Assembly (NCBI GenBank): GCA_965222425.1
Contig: CBDCTW010000005.1
Span: 122,247-186,246, forward strand
Reading direction: 5' to 3'
Origin: Candidatus Marinacidobacterales bacterium
Lineage (GTDB): Bacteria; Acidobacteriota; Vicinamibacteria; Marinacidobacterales; DATDRI01
Length of the DNA: 64,000 nucleotides
Within the stretch, counting starts at the first letter, position 1. Every line of letters starts with the position of its first letter. Under the pieces are notes generated by a model that saw only the letters and a list, made by a program, of their open reading frames with translations, was not told the DNA's origin and searched no databases. The position numbers were made by a program, and so were the translations under genes. Shown here one piece after another: positions 56,087-64,000 of the stretch.

Positions 56087-56183
56087 ACCAACCTAGTCTT
56101 TGCAAGTCCCCTGAGAGAGACCTTCAGGTGGACCCCTCCGTCTGTACGAGAAAAACCAGTGAGCAGTTATCAGTCAGTACTGA

Positions 56184-56732
56184 TTACCGACTCTTGATAC
56201 GGATCGCACCGCTCTTCTCCGACGCTTCGAGTACCGTGACCACATCGTCGCGCTCGACCGGACCGTAGTACCACTCGCCGGTGGAAAGAGACGCCGCTCT
56301 CACCGTTCGGTAGATATCGAGCACTGTCCGTTCACCATCGACCAGGTTGCGCACCTCGGTCTGATAAAGACGGTCCAATCCTTCGACACCACCGCCCGGG
56401 CCCCCTCGACGCATCATCTTTTCCAAACTCTCCGCCAACGACATGGTCCGCTCCGGCACTCTCTCGGCCGCCGCCTTTTCATCGGGGGAAAGCTCGCTTC
56501 TTGGAGCTTGGCCGGTTCGCTCCTCGTAGAATGCATCCACGTCTTCTTGAAGCGTCCGACCGAGGTTCTTTACTCGTACCCGGACTTGCTTCAACAACCT
56601 CTCACCGGCTCCGCCGGGGGAAACCAAGACCAGCGCAGAATCGACTGTAGCGATCTCCCGAGCGGTGGACACCGAGAGGAGCATCTCGGCATCTTTGTAT
56701 CGAGAGGAGTTAGATCCGGCCGACTCGTCCAT
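56184..56732 (-). CDS. Hypothetical protein; looks like the C-terminal part of a larger (peptidase-associated?) protein
   Basis: ...EVRNLVDGERTVLDIYRTVRAASLSTGEWYYGPVERDDVVTVLEASEKSGAIRIK resembles the winged-helix-like tail found on some aminopeptidase-like proteins. There is no recognisable N-terminal domain. Its ATG overlaps the divergent gene's ATG. Confidence 0.35.
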   Translation of the reverse strand: MDESAGSNSSRYKDAEMLLSVSTAREIATVDSALVLVSPGGAGERLLKQVRVRVKNLGRTLQEDVDAFYEERTGQAPRSELSPDEKAAAERVPERTMSLAESLEKMMRRGGPGGGVEGLDRLYQTEVRNLVDGERTVLDIYRTVRAASLSTGEWYYGPVERDDVVTVLEASEKSGAIRIKSR

Positions 56733-57431
56733 GAGTCGCGCCGACGCCCGAGTCGAGCAAAAGCTTCAGAGCCTCGATGCCGGCATCAGCTTCGATTCCA
56801 AGAAACAGCAACTCTTGATCGGGATCCGGGATGAAATCATGAAGGCCAACCCGAGAGTCAGTCTCAACCAGGCCTACGAGTACTCTCGGTTCATCCTCCA
56901 GGCATCCGACAAATACCCCTCCGTGGACCCGCTCATTTTTCTCGCGGTGGGAATCGTCGAAAGCGGCTACCACCCATCGGCTACCAGCCACGCGAACGCC
57001 AAGGGCCTCTACCAGATCTGTGGCCTTCCACCGGACGGATGTTGGCCCGAACGCTCAACTGGGAGTACTCCGACGAGATGTTGTACGACCCGGAGAAAAA
57101 CACCGAGATGGCCGCCCTCTATTTGGACATACTCTTCACCGCCTACAACGATGAACGGATGGTTCTCGCCGAGTACAACGGCGGACCGCTCAACGCCGGG
57201 TATCTTCGCGCCGGCAGCAGCCGGGCCGCGGCGGAGACAAGGGACTATGTCATGAAAGTCGGTGATGTCTACGATCGCCTCCAAAACAAGTTCGAACGAG
57301 GCATCGATGTCCGCCTCGAGCCCATGCACCGTGACGGGGAGCGGGATGGGAAATTACTCGGTAGGCCGAGCAGAACGGCCAAGAAGAGCTATCGCGAAGT
57401 CGCGGACGCTGCCGCGTCGGGCATGCGGTAG
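56731..57431 (+). pseudogene. Lytic transglycosylase (SLT domain), frameshifted and lacking a signal peptide
   Basis: ...PLIFLAVGIVESGYHPSATSHANAKGLYQI (catalytic E-S) continues after a 1-nt shift at about 57018 as WPSTGRMLARTLNWEYSDEMLYDPEKNTEMAALYLDILFTAYNDERMVLAEYNGGP. Confidence 0.65.
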
Positions 57432-57526
57432 TTGGCTCATACGGAAACGCCCGCCCATTGGGGGCCGATTGGACCTGACAGGCAAGGAGGCCGCAAGGCC
57501 TCCTTTTTTGTCTCAAGCGGAGAGGT

Positions 57527-58588
57527 CTAGCACACTCCATCGGTTCGCAGGCCTTCGACTTCGCTCGGGCTGAAGCCCAGCTCCTCGAGCAGACTCAGGG
57601 TATGCTCTCCAAGCTCCGGAGCAGGTTCACCGGAGTCGGCGGGCCGGGCGAAGGGTACCGCTAACTCGGGATCGAACATCCGCCGGTGTGAAACCTGCGG
57701 GTGCGATAGGGCTTCGCCCGGGTCTCGAACCAGCTCCACGCAGGCATCCCTGCCCTCGATGCCCTCGAAGACCGCCTGCCATTCCGCCGCGTCCTTCCCG
57801 GCCACAACCTCCGCGACTTCTTGCCGGGCAGACGGGTCACGGATGCGTTCGACCAAGTCCGGCCTTTCGATGCCCTCACAGAAAGTTTTCCAAAACTTCG
57901 GCTCCAGGGCACCCACCGACAACCACCGCCTATCGCGGGTTTCGTAAAGTCCATAGTTAGGATAATGCCCGGAAAGTACCTCGCCGATCGGACACATCGC
58001 GAGCCCCAGCAAAGAGACGACGCCGTCCAAGATGGCAAGATCGATGTAGCTTCCTTCTCCGGTCGTGCCACTCTTGTGAAGACCAGCCATTAGGGTGAGT
58101 GCTCCATAGAGCCCGCCCCCGGCGAAGTCGGCGAACTGAATCCGAGGCACCTCCTTCCGCAGCGCTCCCGCCATGGCCATGTAGTTGATGTCGTGCCCGG
58201 CCTTACTCTTATAGGGACCCTGCTGCCCGTAGCCGGTTATCGAGAGGTAGACGAGCCGGGGGTTTTGCTCCGCCAACGTCTCGTAGGCAAGCCCCAAACG
58301 CTCCATGACTCCCGGGCGGAAGCCCTCTATCAAAGCGTCCGATCGCTCCGCGAGGCGAAGGAGCAGGCGTCGCCCTTCATCCGACTTTAGATTCAGGGTC
58401 ACACTTTTCTTGCCGCGATTGAGTCGCCGGAATGCCTCTTCATCCAAACCGCGCAGGGGATCCCCACGCCCGGGCTCTTCGATTTTGATGACGTCTGCAC
58501 CGAGCTCCGACACCAACAGACTGCAAAACGGACCGGGCGCGTAATGGCTCAAGTCGAGGACGCGGGTGCCGCGAAGAAGAGAGAGCAC
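57527..58588 (-). CDS. Family III CoA-transferase (CaiB/BaiF; racemase-like)
   Basis: LRGTRVLDLSHYAPGPFCSLLVSELGADVIKIEEPGRGDP is the family N-terminal signature. 353 aa. Confidence 0.85.
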   Translation of the reverse strand: MLSLLRGTRVLDLSHYAPGPFCSLLVSELGADVIKIEEPGRGDPLRGLDEEAFRRLNRGKKSVTLNLKSDEGRRLLLRLAERSDALIEGFRPGVMERLGLAYETLAEQNPRLVYLSITGYGQQGPYKSKAGHDINYMAMAGALRKEVPRIQFADFAGGGLYGALTLMAGLHKSGTTGEGSYIDLAILDGVVSLLGLAMCPIGEVLSGHYPNYGLYETRDRRWLSVGALEPKFWKTFCEGIERPDLVERIRDPSARQEVAEVVAGKDAAEWQAVFEGIEGRDACVELVRDPGEALSHPQVSHRRMFDPELAVPFARPADSGEPAPELGEHTLSLLEELGFSPSEVEGLRTDGVC

Positions 58589-58594
58589 AGTTGG

Positions 58595-59908
58595 TCACTC
58601 CGTCTCCACGACCATGCTGAAACCCAGGCCGCCCGCCGCACACACTCCAATGAGTCCGAACCGTTGGCCCCGTCGTCTGAGCTCGTTCAGGAGACTCAGC
58701 GTGATACGCGCACCGGTCGCAGCGAAGGGATGACCTATCGCAATCGAGCCCCCGGTTACATTGAGACGATCCATGTCCACTTGTCCCAGCGGTTCCGAGC
58801 GCCCCAACCTTTCTCGAGCGAACGTTGCCGACTCGAAGGCTTGGAGCACGGAGAGAACTTGTGCGGCAAAGGCTTCGTGAAGATCGATCAGGTCCATGTC
58901 GCCGAGGGTGAGTCCGGCCCTACGAAGCGCGGTCGGAGTGCTCAGGGCAGGACCAATCAGGAGCTGATCGAAGGGATCGACACCGCAGAAGGCATAGGAC
59001 CGAACGTAACCGAGAGGGCGGTAGCCCAGGGCCTTGGCCTTTTCTTCGGACATGAGCAACATAGCCGCCGCACCATCGGTAAGTGGGCTGGAGTTGCCCG
59101 CGGTAAGGCTTCCATAGCGGCGATCGAACACCGGGCGTAGAGAACCGAGCGCCTCCAGAGAAGTGTCTCGACGGATACCGTCATCTTCTCCCAACGACTT
59201 CGTGTATCGCGGGGGGATATAGACGCGGACGAGCTCCTCGGGGAGTCTTCCGTCATCGGTAGCAGCGGCGGCAAGCCGATGACTCCGCAATGCAAACTCG
59301 TCCTGCGCTTCGCGAGAGATTCCGTTCTCCTTCGCCATCTTCTCGGCCGACTCCCCCATGGTCAATTCGGTGGAGAGCTCTGCAATCGCGGGGGCAACTG
59401 GCGCGAGATCCTTCAGACGCAGTTTTGAGAATCCCTTCAGTCGTCCGGCGAGTGTTTTTGCCTTTCGCGCCGCGAGGAGCGCGCGGGTCAAGGGTTTGGA
59501 TACCAGGATCGGTACGTTCGAGAGCGATTCGGCTCCACCCGCGATCACCGTGTCCGCCTGCCCGGATGCGATCGCCTCCGCCGCGCCTACGATCGCTTGG
59601 TTCGACGACGCACACGCGCGCGACACCGTATAGGCTTCGATAGTCGGTGGAAGCCCGGCCCCGAGGGTTGCTTCGCGCGCCAAGTTGGTCGCTTTGACAT
59701 CGGGTACGACGGTGCCGAGAACCACCTGGTCGATCTCGCGAGGATCGATCGCGCTTCGCTGAACGAGCTCCGCGGTGACCAGTCGGCCAAGATCGAGCGC
59801 CGATAGATCGGCTAGCATTCCGCCCGCTCTCGCGAACGGCGTCCGGCAGCCCGCAACGAAGGCTACCCTTCGCCCCTGCATCGAACTGGATGCGGAGCTC
59901 ACGCTCAT
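58595..59908 (-). CDS. Acetyl-CoA C-acyltransferase (degradative thiolase, FadA/FadI-like)
   Basis: ...VSRACASSNQAI (active Cys), ...NVTGGSIAIGHPFAATGARI, ...CAAGGLGFSMVVE. Probable start ATG 59908. Confidence 0.9.
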   Translation of the reverse strand: MSVSSASSSMQGRRVAFVAGCRTPFARAGGMLADLSALDLGRLVTAELVQRSAIDPREIDQVVLGTVVPDVKATNLAREATLGAGLPPTIEAYTVSRACASSNQAIVGAAEAIASGQADTVIAGGAESLSNVPILVSKPLTRALLAARKAKTLAGRLKGFSKLRLKDLAPVAPAIAELSTELTMGESAEKMAKENGISREAQDEFALRSHRLAAAATDDGRLPEELVRVYIPPRYTKSLGEDDGIRRDTSLEALGSLRPVFDRRYGSLTAGNSSPLTDGAAAMLLMSEEKAKALGYRPLGYVRSYAFCGVDPFDQLLIGPALSTPTALRRAGLTLGDMDLIDLHEAFAAQVLSVLQAFESATFARERLGRSEPLGQVDMDRLNVTGGSIAIGHPFAATGARITLSLLNELRRRGQRFGLIGVCAAGGLGFSMVVETE

Positions 59909-60180
59909 GTGTAGGAGTCTCTCACAATCGTGCCCGCCTTCGCTCGTCAATAAGGGGATAACGAGACGAGCTGCGGCGAGGCAAGCCTCGTTTCGCGCGC
60001 TAACATGAGATTAGCAAGGTGGGTGGGGGCGCTGGCTGGCCGACCGGTCGGTAGGTGGCCTAAGGCAGGGCCGGCCATTTGCCGTGGCCGAGCCCTTGTG
60101 GTACCCTCCGCCCCAGGGTTTTTTGTCGCCTCGGCGACTGCCTGGAATCCCCAAGCGCAGAGCTAGAAGGAGAAAGTTTG

Positions 60181-61098
60181 ATGAGCAAGTGGGTAGCAGT
60201 GGCGATCATGGTCCTGCTGGCCGGTGGAGCTGTGGCACAGCAGCAGCTACCACCCGGTCACAAGGAGTTTAAGGAAGGCCAAGCGGCCATCAAAAAGAAC
60301 GACATGGTTGGCGCGATCGTCGCCTTCGAGAAAGCACTGGCGGCGGATCCAGATATTTTCGCCAGTCACTACTTCCTGGGCTTCGCCTACCAGAGCAAGA
60401 AGAATTACCCCAAGACCGCCGAGCACTTTACGGCGTATCTCGACAAAGTGGGGGACAATTCCGAGGCCGCCGAGCAGATCGGTCATGCCACCCGCCAGGG
60501 CGGCCTTGCCTGGGCACGCACCAAGAACTCCGCTAAGGGCATCCCTTATTTGGAGAAGGCAGCGGCCGCCAAGCCCAACGACAAAGAGGTGCACTACTAC
60601 CTCGGGATGGCGTTGATCAGAAACGGGCAGGAGAGCAAAGCCGAGCAGCACTTTTCGAAAGTGATCCAGCTCGATCCCAGCCTGCCGCGCCCGTATTATT
60701 TCGTCGGCCGCGTCGCGTTCAACACCGAGAGCTGGGGCGAGGCGCAGCGGCTTCTCAGCAAGTATTTGGAGCTGAAGCCGGACGATAACTTCGCATCCGA
60801 CGCTCACTTCATGCTGGGCTCAATGGCGGTCCGGCAGGCTGAGGGCGCAGCGAATCCCGCCGCCCGGAACAACGCGGCGAAGACACATCTCAACAAGTTC
60901 CTAGAAATTAAGCCCAACGCACCTCAGGCACCACAGGCTCACTACATCCTTGGCAGCCTGGCGGCGCAGAGCGAAGATACCACGACGGCGAAGGCCCACT
61001 TCCAGAAGTATCTCCAGCTGCAACCTCAAGGGGCGCAGGCCGAGGAGATCAAACAGTTCTTAGCAGATCTGAGCGAGGGTGAAGAAGAAGGTAGCTAG
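60181..61098 (+). CDS. Secreted tetratricopeptide-repeat protein
   Basis: AAGGAGAA then ATG 60181. Signal MSKWVAVAIMVLLAGGAVAQQ. Six or more TPR-like units (...AIVAFEKALAADPD..., ...HYYLGMALIRNGQ...). Confidence 0.8.
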   Translation: MSKWVAVAIMVLLAGGAVAQQQLPPGHKEFKEGQAAIKKNDMVGAIVAFEKALAADPDIFASHYFLGFAYQSKKNYPKTAEHFTAYLDKVGDNSEAAEQIGHATRQGGLAWARTKNSAKGIPYLEKAAAAKPNDKEVHYYLGMALIRNGQESKAEQHFSKVIQLDPSLPRPYYFVGRVAFNTESWGEAQRLLSKYLELKPDDNFASDAHFMLGSMAVRQAEGAANPAARNNAAKTHLNKFLEIKPNAPQAPQAHYILGSLAAQSEDTTTAKAHFQKYLQLQPQGAQAEEIKQFLADLSEGEEEGS

Positions 61099-61123
61099 CG
61101 AGAACTCCGCAAGGGTTTCGCGA

Positions 61124-61178
61124 GGCCCGGTGATCTTCCTAAAAGCCTCTTCCTAAAAGAAGACCGCCGGGCCTTTTG
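61124..61178 (+). terminator. Possible terminator between convergent genes
   Basis: GGCCCGG ... CCGGGCC followed by TTTTG. The long loop contains the direct repeat CTTCCTAAAAG twice and a small inner hairpin TCTTC-ctaaaa-GAAGA. Confidence 0.35.
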
Positions 61179-61192
61179 CTATTGGGATGGGT

Positions 61193-61702
61193 TCAGGAAA
61201 TCGAACGGGAAACCGGAAACTCGCTGCGCACCACTTCAGCTTTGAGCCGCTCCCGTTCGCGGAGCACGAGGGGGGCCAGAGGAGGCTCCTCCAGCTCGAG
61301 CCTCTGGCGTTCCACGTTCCAAAGCGCACCTAGCTGAGCGTGTAGCCAGGCGAGCTCTTCGAGCGAGTACCGAGTGTCCGTGGATTCATAGCGCTGAATC
61401 CAGTGGCTCTCGTCCTCGCGAACGACGGTAAACCACAACCAGTCTATCCTCTCATTAGAGCGGCGAGATTCCTCGAAGCCTCGGATGACGGAATCTAGAA
61501 GGCCGCCGTTGCCGAGCAGCCCGTTTCGGGAGGCGATGTAACCGATACCCCGAATCAAGTAGAGAAGACACCAGCGAACTTCGGGGGTCAACGACTCCGG
61601 GTCGGCAAGCACGCGAGGAACGAGGTTATACGCCACTCCTTCCTCTTCATTGAGGAGAAGGCGATACAGATCCTCTCGGACTTGAAACTTTCGGCTCGAC
61701 AT
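61193..61702 (-). CDS. Hypothetical protein
   Basis: 169-aa ORF with coding-like composition and no overlapping better ORF. No motif recognised. Confidence 0.45.
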   Translation of the reverse strand: MSSRKFQVREDLYRLLLNEEEGVAYNLVPRVLADPESLTPEVRWCLLYLIRGIGYIASRNGLLGNGGLLDSVIRGFEESRRSNERIDWLWFTVVREDESHWIQRYESTDTRYSLEELAWLHAQLGALWNVERQRLELEEPPLAPLVLRERERLKAEVVRSEFPVSRSIS

Positions 61703-61814
61703 CGTCTTGTCAATTGAAAACCCACGGGCTTCGGCGAGAAACGGCAGTCACCGTCCTCGCGAGGCCCGTCATCTTTAGGATACCAGGAAGAAACCTTTTA
61801 AGCAGTCTTTTTTC

Positions 61815-63668
61815 TCAGCGCGCGTAGCCGAGAGCACGTAGTTTGTCAAGCTGGTCGGGGGTAAGCTCTACCGGAGGTGCGGGAGCGCCACTTTCTCGCC
61901 GCTCGCTCGCTCGAGCAAGGAAAGATTCCACTCGTTGTAAGGCCCGCTCCACCCAGATCGGCTCGCCGGCCACGAGATCGTTTCGTTCTTGAGGGTCTTT
62001 CGCCAGATCGTAGAGCTCGACCGATGCTTCCGAGCCATCGTGGTAACGGCTGGCGATGAGCTTCTTACCATTGACCCCTTGCCTCAAGGCAATTTTGTGT
62101 GAGTCGTCTACGGTGTGCTGGGTTTCGGACCAGACTTGGTCAGCAGGGTCACCTGGACCATCGGACGACTTCTCGGAGCCTCGTATGTGGCCCAAAAGGC
62201 TCCGTCCTTGGAATCCGGGGACGGCCGGGAGCCCCATGTTTTCCAGGATCGTCGGGGCCACATCGACCAGGCTTACTTGCTGCCAGACGCGCCGACCCGC
62301 CCCTTCGCTCCCGGGCAGCTTCATCAGTAGCGGAATACGCAACACTTCTTCATATAGCGTCTTCTGGTGCTCCCACGCTCCGTGTTCGAGAAACTCCTCC
62401 CCGTGATCGGAAGTAACCACCACCAAAGACTTGTCGAATATTCCCATCTCTCTCATCACCCCGAACAACCGCCCAAGTTGCCGGTCCGCGTATAGGATCT
62501 CACCGTCGTAGAGCGCCAGGATGTGCCGGAGATCCCGCGGAACGATCGAATCCACCGTCTCCTTCTTGAACTCCCACCAAACGCCGTTGGCCACGCCCGA
62601 GTAGTCGGGGTCGAAGGTCCGGTCGTAGGGCGGCGGTGGGTCGTAATGCCAGTGAGGGTCGTAGTAGTGGAGAAAAAGAAAAAAATCACGGTCGCCCCTC
62701 TCTCTCAAAAAAGAGATGGCACGCTCCGTCACCGGCTCCGCTCGCGCGTCGTAGCGATACCAGTGACCGTCGAAGCCGTGGCCGAAACCGTATTGCTTCG
62801 ATAAATAGAGGTGTGTCACCACCGCCTGTGTGAAAAGCCCATTCTGTTGAAGATGAAGCGGAAGGCTCGGCACGTCATCGGGCAGCCCGCGAAGGAGATC
62901 CACCGCTCCGTGGGATGAAGGATAGAGTGAGGTCAAAAGGGAGGCGTGCGCGGGAAGCGTCCAGGGAGCCGTGGTCACGGCATCTTCGAAAACGACTCCT
63001 TCGTTGGCGAGGGCCTCGAGAGTCGGGGTCGTCCTCCTCCCATAGCCGTAGACACTCACATGATCCCGCCGCAAGGTGTCGATGGAGACTACGATGACTC
63101 CTCTGCCCTCCCGATAGCGTGCCCGATCGTGAAGGATCGGGTCCGCAAAGAGCGCCGCAAAACCGAGTGGTCCCACCGCGTCTCCAGTTGCGTTCGCGCC
63201 GGCCTTTCCACCTTCGAAGCTCAACCAAATCTCTTTTCCCGCAAAGGGACGGAGATCCACCGACTGGTCGATCCACTGATCGCTACGCGCGGTATGAATC
63301 TCCCGCTCGAAGACAACGCTCGACGGACTCTCGATACCGGCCCTCACCACGAAGCGAGCTTTGCCGCCGGCGCCTCCCTCGTCTGTCGTCTTCGGTTTGA
63401 TGCCAATGGCGAAGGTAAGCAATGGTCTGGGGGAAAGCTTCACCCGAAACCGAACCTCGGAAGGAGTGGACGCCTCAAGGCAAGGCCTCGCGTCTTCACC
63501 CAGACTCACCGGAGAGGAGATCGCAGATTCAGAAGAGTTGGAAAAAACCACGTACGTTTGTTCGAGAAGAGAAACCGGTGGCTCGGATGGCATGGCCCGA
63601 CTGCAGGCCGGGAGCACGGTCAAGATTAGGGCGATGGAAAGGAAGCGACACGTTCCGACGTCAGACAT
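61815..63668 (-). CDS. Sulfatase-fold (alkaline-phosphatase superfamily) lipoprotein with an extra ~180-aa N-terminal domain
   Basis: Lipobox LTVLPACS. VVSIDTLRRDHVSVYGYGRRTTPTLEALANEGVVFEDAVTTAPWTLPAHASLLTS and ...VVTSDHGEEFLEHG... are metal and nucleophile-region motifs. The nucleophile position carries Thr, not the Cys/Ser-x-P-x-R of arylsulfatases. Confidence 0.8.
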   Translation of the reverse strand: MSDVGTCRFLSIALILTVLPACSRAMPSEPPVSLLEQTYVVFSNSSESAISSPVSLGEDARPCLEASTPSEVRFRVKLSPRPLLTFAIGIKPKTTDEGGAGGKARFVVRAGIESPSSVVFEREIHTARSDQWIDQSVDLRPFAGKEIWLSFEGGKAGANATGDAVGPLGFAALFADPILHDRARYREGRGVIVVSIDTLRRDHVSVYGYGRRTTPTLEALANEGVVFEDAVTTAPWTLPAHASLLTSLYPSSHGAVDLLRGLPDDVPSLPLHLQQNGLFTQAVVTHLYLSKQYGFGHGFDGHWYRYDARAEPVTERAISFLRERGDRDFFLFLHYYDPHWHYDPPPPYDRTFDPDYSGVANGVWWEFKKETVDSIVPRDLRHILALYDGEILYADRQLGRLFGVMREMGIFDKSLVVVTSDHGEEFLEHGAWEHQKTLYEEVLRIPLLMKLPGSEGAGRRVWQQVSLVDVAPTILENMGLPAVPGFQGRSLLGHIRGSEKSSDGPGDPADQVWSETQHTVDDSHKIALRQGVNGKKLIASRYHDGSEASVELYDLAKDPQERNDLVAGEPIWVERALQRVESFLARASERRESGAPAPPVELTPDQLDKLRALGYAR

Positions 63669-63678
63669 CGAGCTTGGT

Positions 63679-63972
63679 CTAGAAAGAACGCCGATGTTCT
63701 GGTGTCTCTTCGCGAAAACTAAACCCGCAGGGCTCCCACGGGTTCACGATGTTTCGGTCCCGCAGATCTCTCTCATCGATAGGGAAAGTGGTGCAGTTCT
63801 TCGGGCGACTCTTGTAAATCCCACATCGAGGAAGGCGGCTTGCCCAACCCAAGAGCGGGCAAGGAAACATGACCTTGCAGCACGCGCCGGTGCGATGACA
63901 ATTACCGACCCGTCGCGTGAGACTCTCTTCAACGTAGCGGGCCCTAAAGTTCACCAGATACAAACGCCGCAC
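63679..63972 (-). CDS. YkgJ-type (UPF0153) cysteine-cluster protein
   Basis: ...NCHRTGACCKV...CPLL...CGIYKSRPKNCTTFP... Cys-cluster pattern. 97 aa. The start is close to the window end, so it could be longer. Confidence 0.55.
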   Translation of the reverse strand: MRRLYLVNFRARYVEESLTRRVGNCHRTGACCKVMFPCPLLGWASRLPRCGIYKSRPKNCTTFPIDERDLRDRNIVNPWEPCGFSFREETPEHRRSF

Positions 63973-64000
63973 CTTGCCCCAAAGGAGAATGCCGCGTTGT

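Noticed and set aside
59950-60180. Possible small RNA or terminator (GC-rich palindromes and a T6 run) between the thiolase and TPR genes
   Set aside because: - The hairpins are short or mismatched.
- The T-run is not preceded by a convincing stem.
- The orientation does not match the end of any gene.

Overview
Visibly GC-rich chromosomal segment from a diderm bacterium. SurA-like chaperones, an outer-membrane barrel, a TamB-like fragment and an FtsX-permease remnant support this. The lineage cannot be proven from this window.

Two kinds of gene content are interleaved.

(1) Intact housekeeping and central-metabolism genes:
- mfd, a tRNA-dihydrouridine synthase and two parvulin-type PPIases
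- a Wzm/Wzt glycan ABC exporter with an RfaE-II-like adenylyltransferase
- moaA, trxA, thrC-thrB, and serA with a class-V aminotransferase
- a second thrC-like gene with lysC and hom behind a SAM-I riboswitch
- thiolases, a family-III CoA-transferase, fabZ and a MATE exporter

(2) A high density of damaged accessory genes. I count about 18 loci with frameshifts, in-frame amber codons, internal deletions or truncations.

Most interesting observations:
- A bufferin-type RiPP locus (DUF692/MNIO, DUF2063, then a secreted 6-Cys precursor) in an unusual B-C-A order, with the MNIO gene broken by an amber codon and a frameshift.
- A previously unnamed (to me) ~60-nt intergenic repeat family with a covarying GC stem. 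It sits at three loci, including a 5-unit tandem array.
- A SAM-I riboswitch with terminator controlling a threonine-synthase paralogue, lysC and hom.
- A three-domain ACP / fatty-acyl-AMP-ligase / PlsC-acyltransferase fusion.
- An IS256-family element with 9-bp target duplication inside a small membrane-protein gene.
- A 685-bp internally deleted ISL3 remnant whose right inverted repeat supplies the start of a PilZ gene.
- Five in-frame stop codons, all TAG.

No rRNA, tRNA or CRISPR array was recognised. All calls come from reading translations and motifs by eye; no searches were run.
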